Source: Arcobacter sp.
Lineage (GTDB): Bacteria; Campylobacterota; Campylobacteria; Campylobacterales; Arcobacteraceae
Reading direction: 5' to 3'
Length of the DNA stretch: 11,675 bases
Assembly: GCA_965662175.1 (NCBI GenBank)
Contig: CBFIGT010000028.1
Span: 1-11,675, forward strand
A program made the position numbers and the translations under genes. Positions 7,628-11,675 of this stretch are shown piece after piece (the first letter of the stretch is position 1; every line of letters begins with the position of its first letter). Below the pieces are notes generated by a model, which saw only the letters and a list, made by a program, of their open reading frames with translations, did no database searches and was not told the DNA's origin.

Positions 7628-8260
7628 TTATAAAATATCTAATAATTGTCTTAAATTATCTATTTTTTTACTAGCATTTGAAAAGTCTTGTGTTTTTGTA
7701 AACTCATTATGTACAATTATACACTCAATTCCAGCTTTAAAAGCAGAGCTTAAACCCCTTTGGGAATCCTCAATAACTATAGCTTCCTCTTTTAAGGCAT
7801 TAAACTTTTTTAAAGCTGTAAGATAAGGCTCAGGATGTGGTTTTGCAAAGTTATAATCCTCTTCACACAAAACAAAATCCATATAATCAACTAATCCTCT
7901 GTTATTATGAATAATTTCAAAATCAACTCTTCTTGATGTAGTTACTATTCCCATTTTGTATTTTTTTGCTAACTCTTTTAAAACCTCTTTTACTCCAGGA
8001 ATAAGAATATTTTCACTTTTTAAAAACTCTTGATAATAGATATTTCTTTGTTTTCTAGCTTTTGAGATATGAAGTTCACTAATACCTTTTTCTTGAGCTT
8101 TTTCCCAAGCCGTTCCACCTCTAGCCATAATCTTCATATAATCATCGAACTCTAAACTTAAGCCAAAAAACTCCATCAAGGCCATTTGACTAGCTTTAAA
8201 ATAGAGTGCTTCTGTTTCTACTAATACACCATCATTATCAAAAAGAATATATTTTTTCAT
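7628..8260 (-). CDS. HAD-superfamily (subfamily IA, beta-PGM/CbbY-like) phosphatase (210 aa)
   Basis: Motif I FDNDGVLVET, motif II VTTS, motif III KPHPEPY, motif IV IEDSQRG. Confidence 0.92.
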   Translation of the reverse strand: MKKYILFDNDGVLVETEALYFKASQMALMEFFGLSLEFDDYMKIMARGGTAWEKAQEKGISELHISKARKQRNIYYQEFLKSENILIPGVKEVLKELAKKYKMGIVTTSRRVDFEIIHNNRGLVDYMDFVLCEEDYNFAKPHPEPYLTALKKFNALKEEAIVIEDSQRGLSSAFKAGIECIIVHNEFTKTQDFSNASKKIDNLRQLLDIL

Positions 8261-8657
8261 CTTTTACATACTTTTTTAAATAGTCAGCAATCTCTATATC
8301 ATATTTTTTTAATCTATCTTTTAGAAATATAATCTTTGCCTCATCATTTTCCCAATAAAGGGCACCTATTGAATTTTCATATATTTTTAACTGTCTTAAG
8401 TCAGATACAAATAGTGGTCTATTTGTAAAAATATCTAATCTATAATATTCACTAACTAAAATCAAGTCACTATTATAAATCTCTTTAGTATAAAATATTT
8501 TATTAAAACTAAATTTATTCTCTCCAATATTATATATTAGAATCTTATTTTTATTTGGAAATAAACCCTCAAATATCTTTTCATAAAGTTTTGAGTTTAT
8601 ATCTTTTGAATATAAGCTAGTAATAAAAAGAGTTATAATTAAAATAAATTTTTTCAA
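8238..8657 (-). CDS. Small exported protein, probable YfiR/HmsC (DUF4154)-like (139 aa)
   Basis: Signal peptide MKKFILIITLFITSLYS. The C-terminal IGALYWENDEAKIIFLKDRLKKYDIEI parallels the YfiR-family hairpin-helix end. TTG start overlaps the barrel gene's stop (TTGA 8657-8654). The family assignment is by eye and from gene context. Confidence 0.65.
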   Translation of the reverse strand: MKKFILIITLFITSLYSKDINSKLYEKIFEGLFPNKNKILIYNIGENKFSFNKIFYTKEIYNSDLILVSEYYRLDIFTNRPLFVSDLRQLKIYENSIGALYWENDEAKIIFLKDRLKKYDIEIADYLKKYVKDEKIYSF

Positions 8658-10513
8658 AATAAGTACTCAACTCCAATCAAAAATCTTTGTGCTGTATGTT
8701 GTGAATATAAAGTATTTGTAGTTGTAGCTCCAGGGCTTGTAAGGACATCAAACTTTGAGCTATAACTTTTGTTTAATATATTTTCACCCTTTAAACTAAA
8801 AATAAAATCTTTTTTAATTTTATATTTCCATCCTAAAGATAAATCATAAAAATCTTTTTCTGTTTCATCATTTTGTCTATAAACAATCTCTGAAAAAAGT
8901 GTTGAAAGGCCATTTATATAAGTTGTTCTAAGTTGAGCACCTTTATAATCAAATTTACCAAGTGTTGGTATCTTATCCCTATATGAATAAAACATAGAGA
9001 AGAAGTTTTTGAAATTTAAAACATGATACTCATTTGATAAAACAGCATAATTAAAATCCATTTTTGTAGGAGTGTTAACAACTACACCAAAGCTATCTGC
9101 ATAAGCAACTGCATCTATAAGTTTTGAAACTCCAAGTTTAAGTGATGTTTTTGAGTTTCCTTTTTCATAAATTGTTTCATGGGAGAGTAGTTTTACACTC
9201 ATTTTATCTATATTGCTATTTCCATAAGTTGATGTTATTAAATATGGCTCACTTAACATATCTGTATCAGAATAATAGGTTTTAAATGTAAAATTATCAT
9301 TTGTAAAAATATGACCAACTCTTAAAGTATCACCATATTCATTATCAATTCCACCATTGTTTTCTGATTTTGTAAACTTATATCCAAATGTTAAAATCGA
9401 GTTATTATTTAACCAATACTCATCTTGAAAATATAAAGAGTAGATATTTTGTAAGTTGAAATCCTGGGTAATATTTGTGTTTCCATACTTAATTGTTTTA
9501 TAATCAATATCTTTTCTTCTATAATCAAAACCTGCAAAAATATTATGATTTTTAATTTTATTTTCATAAATAGCTTTTAAAGTACTAACATTTTCTCTTG
9601 TATTTTTGTATAAGCTATTTTCAGTTGATACAATTGCATTATCATCTTTAAAATCTAAAATTGTATCAATAATTGAGTGATTAAAAGATAGAGTTACCTT
9701 ATCATTTAAAACCATTTTTTCAATATTAAAATCATAAATACTATTTTCTATAGAAGAATCAAGGGGAGTTGCATCTTTACTAAGATTTATAAAGGCATCA
9801 TTTTTTTGTTTTAAAACTTGCACATTAAGTTTTAAATCTTTTTTTTCAAACTTTGAAAAAAAGTGTAAATTCTCTTTATCTTTTGATAATTTTTGAGATT
9901 TGAAGTTTGTTTTATCTTGATTATCATTTGTAAAGTCTAAAAATATTTGATATCTAGTTTTATCCATATAATCAATATAGTTTATCCATGATTGATTATA
10001 TCTATCATCTCCAAGTAGCGTTTTGAATTTTCCACCTAAATCTTTTTTTGGAGTTTTTGTATATAATTTTACTACTAAAAGTGAAGCTTCTGTTGAAAAT
10101 TTAAATGAAGGTGAACCTAAATAAACTTCAATATGGTCAATAAAACCTAAGCTCATATTCCCATATAAAGGTAAACCACTTCCATAAGTTCCTGATACTA
10201 ACTCTTGATTATCTAAATATAATCTCATAGTGTGAGATTGAAAAGAGATTGCTTGGGAGTTATAAATATCTGGATATAAGAATCTACTCTCTTCATAAGT
10301 AAAGTCAGGAATTGATTTTAAAACATCTTTTAATGTTTTAGCTTGCATACTATTTAAATCATTTCTTGTATAAATAAAAAGATGTCCACCATTTTCTATT
10401 TTTGTTATTTGTGATAAATCACTTTTTTGGGAAAACTCTTTTAATAAATAATCTAAATTATTAGCACTAAGAAATAGGCCAAAAAATAGTAATAAATATA
10501 TAAATTTCTTCAT
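8654..10513 (-). CDS. TonB-dependent-receptor-like outer-membrane plug plus beta-barrel protein (619 aa)
   Basis: Start ATG 10513 with SD TAAGG. Signal peptide MKKFIYLLLFFGLFLSA. Plug motifs YTRNDLNSMQAKTLKDVLKSIP, LYLDNQ, FIDHIEVYLGS. C-terminal GENILNKSY and terminal amphipathic strand FLIGVEYLF ending in Phe. Confidence 0.88.
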   Translation of the reverse strand: MKKFIYLLLFFGLFLSANNLDYLLKEFSQKSDLSQITKIENGGHLFIYTRNDLNSMQAKTLKDVLKSIPDFTYEESRFLYPDIYNSQAISFQSHTMRLYLDNQELVSGTYGSGLPLYGNMSLGFIDHIEVYLGSPSFKFSTEASLLVVKLYTKTPKKDLGGKFKTLLGDDRYNQSWINYIDYMDKTRYQIFLDFTNDNQDKTNFKSQKLSKDKENLHFFSKFEKKDLKLNVQVLKQKNDAFINLSKDATPLDSSIENSIYDFNIEKMVLNDKVTLSFNHSIIDTILDFKDDNAIVSTENSLYKNTRENVSTLKAIYENKIKNHNIFAGFDYRRKDIDYKTIKYGNTNITQDFNLQNIYSLYFQDEYWLNNNSILTFGYKFTKSENNGGIDNEYGDTLRVGHIFTNDNFTFKTYYSDTDMLSEPYLITSTYGNSNIDKMSVKLLSHETIYEKGNSKTSLKLGVSKLIDAVAYADSFGVVVNTPTKMDFNYAVLSNEYHVLNFKNFFSMFYSYRDKIPTLGKFDYKGAQLRTTYINGLSTLFSEIVYRQNDETEKDFYDLSLGWKYKIKKDFIFSLKGENILNKSYSSKFDVLTSPGATTTNTLYSQHTAQRFLIGVEYLF

Positions 10514-10529
10514 AAAATACCTTAATAAA

Positions 10530-10547
10530 TTTGGAATTGTATCCAAA
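10530..10547 (-). promoter_or_regulatory. -10-like box (TACAAT, 10541-10536) flanked by a perfect 6-bp inverted repeat; candidate promoter/operator for the barrel operon
   Basis: Minus strand reads TTTGGA-TACAAT-TCCAAA; the box ends 22 nt upstream of ATG 10513. Confidence 0.45.
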
Positions 10548-10585
10548 ATATTATTAAAGTATTGTTTTTTGAAATAAATAAGTAA

Positions 10586-11332
10586 TTATTGATAAGGTTT
10601 CGGGCTTGGTGGGAACTCTTTAAAAGACTCTTTTATAGCATTTGTTATGGCATTTTTATATTTTAAATTTTCAACTGGGTTTGAAAATTGAAGTTGAGTT
10701 TTAATGTTTTCTAAACCTCTCTCCTCTTTATAAGCAAAAGCAACTTTTTTACCCATATCTTCAGTTCTATTAAAAATAGCATTTGCATAAGTTCTAATAA
10801 AAGTGAACTCTTTTTGACTAATTTTATCACCCCAAGCAAAAAATACAAATTTTCCATTTGGTATTAGATTTTGGCAATCTTGATACATAATTTCTCTTTC
10901 AAACTCTGTATTTTGCATAGTATAATATTTTTCTAAATCAGCATCAAATTTCATTAATAAAGATGAAGCATTTATATTTTTTTCTATTAGGTTAAAAAGA
11001 TTTTTAATCTCTACAATTTTACCCTTGCACTGTTTTTCCATGGCATTTTTAAAAATAGTTATGTAAGTTTCACATTTTAACTCAATCATTTTATCAAATT
11101 GGTCAAAATCTTGTTCTAAAAGATATTTATTTGAGTCAAATCCCACTGGAGTAACTAAAGGATTATAAATAAAAATTGTTCCAATTATATTTTTCTTTAT
11201 ATCTTTTTTTGTTTTTATTTTGTTTTTTAAATCTTGAGCTGTTATTACTTCATCATCATAATTAAAGTACATATAACTAGATGTTAAAAAAATCTCATCA
11301 TATTTAGTCTCTATTTCTCCAAAATATTGCAT
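10586..11332 (-). CDS. Hypothetical protein, divergent DUF1643-like (248 aa)
   Basis: ATG with SD AGAAAGG. Collinear motifs IFIYNP, VEIKNLFNL, VFFAWG, FSNP recall the DUF1643 motifs F(I/V)xLNPS, NLFA, AWG, HP. The CDS is secure; the family call is tentative. Confidence 0.75.
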   Translation of the reverse strand: MQYFGEIETKYDEIFLTSSYMYFNYDDEVITAQDLKNKIKTKKDIKKNIIGTIFIYNPLVTPVGFDSNKYLLEQDFDQFDKMIELKCETYITIFKNAMEKQCKGKIVEIKNLFNLIEKNINASSLLMKFDADLEKYYTMQNTEFEREIMYQDCQNLIPNGKFVFFAWGDKISQKEFTFIRTYANAIFNRTEDMGKKVAFAYKEERGLENIKTQLQFSNPVENLKYKNAITNAIKESFKEFPPSPKPYQ

Positions 11333-11386
11333 TTTTGCCTTTCTAAATTTTTGTTTATTAGATATTTATTTATCTATATTTTTGCC

Positions 11387-11392
11387 ATTATA
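11387..11392 (-). promoter_or_regulatory. -10 box (TATAAT) upstream of the DUF1643-like gene
   Basis: Minus strand reads TTTAAG-TATAAT-GGCAAAA, about 55 nt before ATG 11332. Confidence 0.5.
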
Positions 11393-11421
11393 CTTAAATT
11401 ATTTACTTATTTTGCTGATAA

Positions 11422-11675
11422 TTAATTTAAATAAAGCAATACATCTTCTAAATTACCTTGGATTAATTTTATTGAACTACATGCAATCATAAGATTAATA
11501 GGTAAATTAAAATTTTCTATCTCTTTATTTTGATTATCCAAATATTTACCATTTTCTAAATGTTTTTCATTATCATTGAATTTTTTAACATAAGAGGATA
11601 AATCATCCATATATCCATAAACCTCTTTGCCCTTTGCAAAGGCATATCCACACTCCCAAACAGTTCCACTATCAG
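11422..11675 (-). CDS. Nucleoside 2-deoxyribosyltransferase family protein (3' part; 5' end outside the window)
   Basis: The frame of the 62-aa ORF stays open to the edge: DSGTVWECGYAFAKGKEVYGYMDD...IENFNLPINLMIA. This matches the NDT motif DxGTxxExGyAxAxGKxV with the catalytic Glu (11655-11653) and the C-terminal NLM motif. Confidence 0.9.
   Translation of the reverse strand, partial: DSGTVWECGYAFAKGKEVYGYMDDLSSYVKKFNDNEKHLENGKYLDNQNKEIENFNLPINLMIACSSIKLIQGNLEDVLLYLN

Noticed and set aside
10514..10546. Upstream TTG start for the barrel gene (630 aa)
   Set aside because: ATG 10513 has a SD and begins a canonical signal peptide.
11422..11610. 62-aa ORF as a stand-alone small protein
   Set aside because: It is the C-terminus of the NDT-family gene, whose frame continues to the window edge.
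1..11675. CRISPR array, IS element, prophage, tRNA/rRNA
   Set aside because: No spaced direct repeats, transposase/integrase motifs or GC-rich structured RNA segments seen; nearly all sequence is accounted for by CDSs.

Overview
Very AT-rich, gene-dense chromosomal window. The HQWRQPL-type histidine kinases, TATAAT promoters without a clear -35 and AAGG ribosome sites suggest Campylobacterota, probably Arcobacteraceae (inference). From left to right: a truncated coiled-coil lipoprotein missed by the ORF track (-); a membrane tandem-Cache/PAS histidine kinase with no adjacent regulator (+); an ABC exporter (-); a 148-aa protein with a Phd/YefM-like N-terminus (+); a coupled soluble PAS-PAS kinase and non-DNA-binding response regulator (+). 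A minus-strand run follows, transcribed from the right edge: nucleoside 2-deoxyribosyltransferase (truncated), DUF1643-like protein, TonB-dependent-receptor-like barrel, YfiR/DUF4154-like periplasmic protein, HAD phosphatase. The best candidate for an undescribed system is the barrel plus YfiR-like module, which here has a HAD enzyme downstream instead of an inner-membrane signal transducer. Also notable are the NifL/LOV-hybrid PAS kinase with its unusual regulator, and a divergent pair of apparently leaderless genes. No RNA genes, CRISPR arrays or mobile elements were seen. All family calls come from motif recognition by eye, not database searches.
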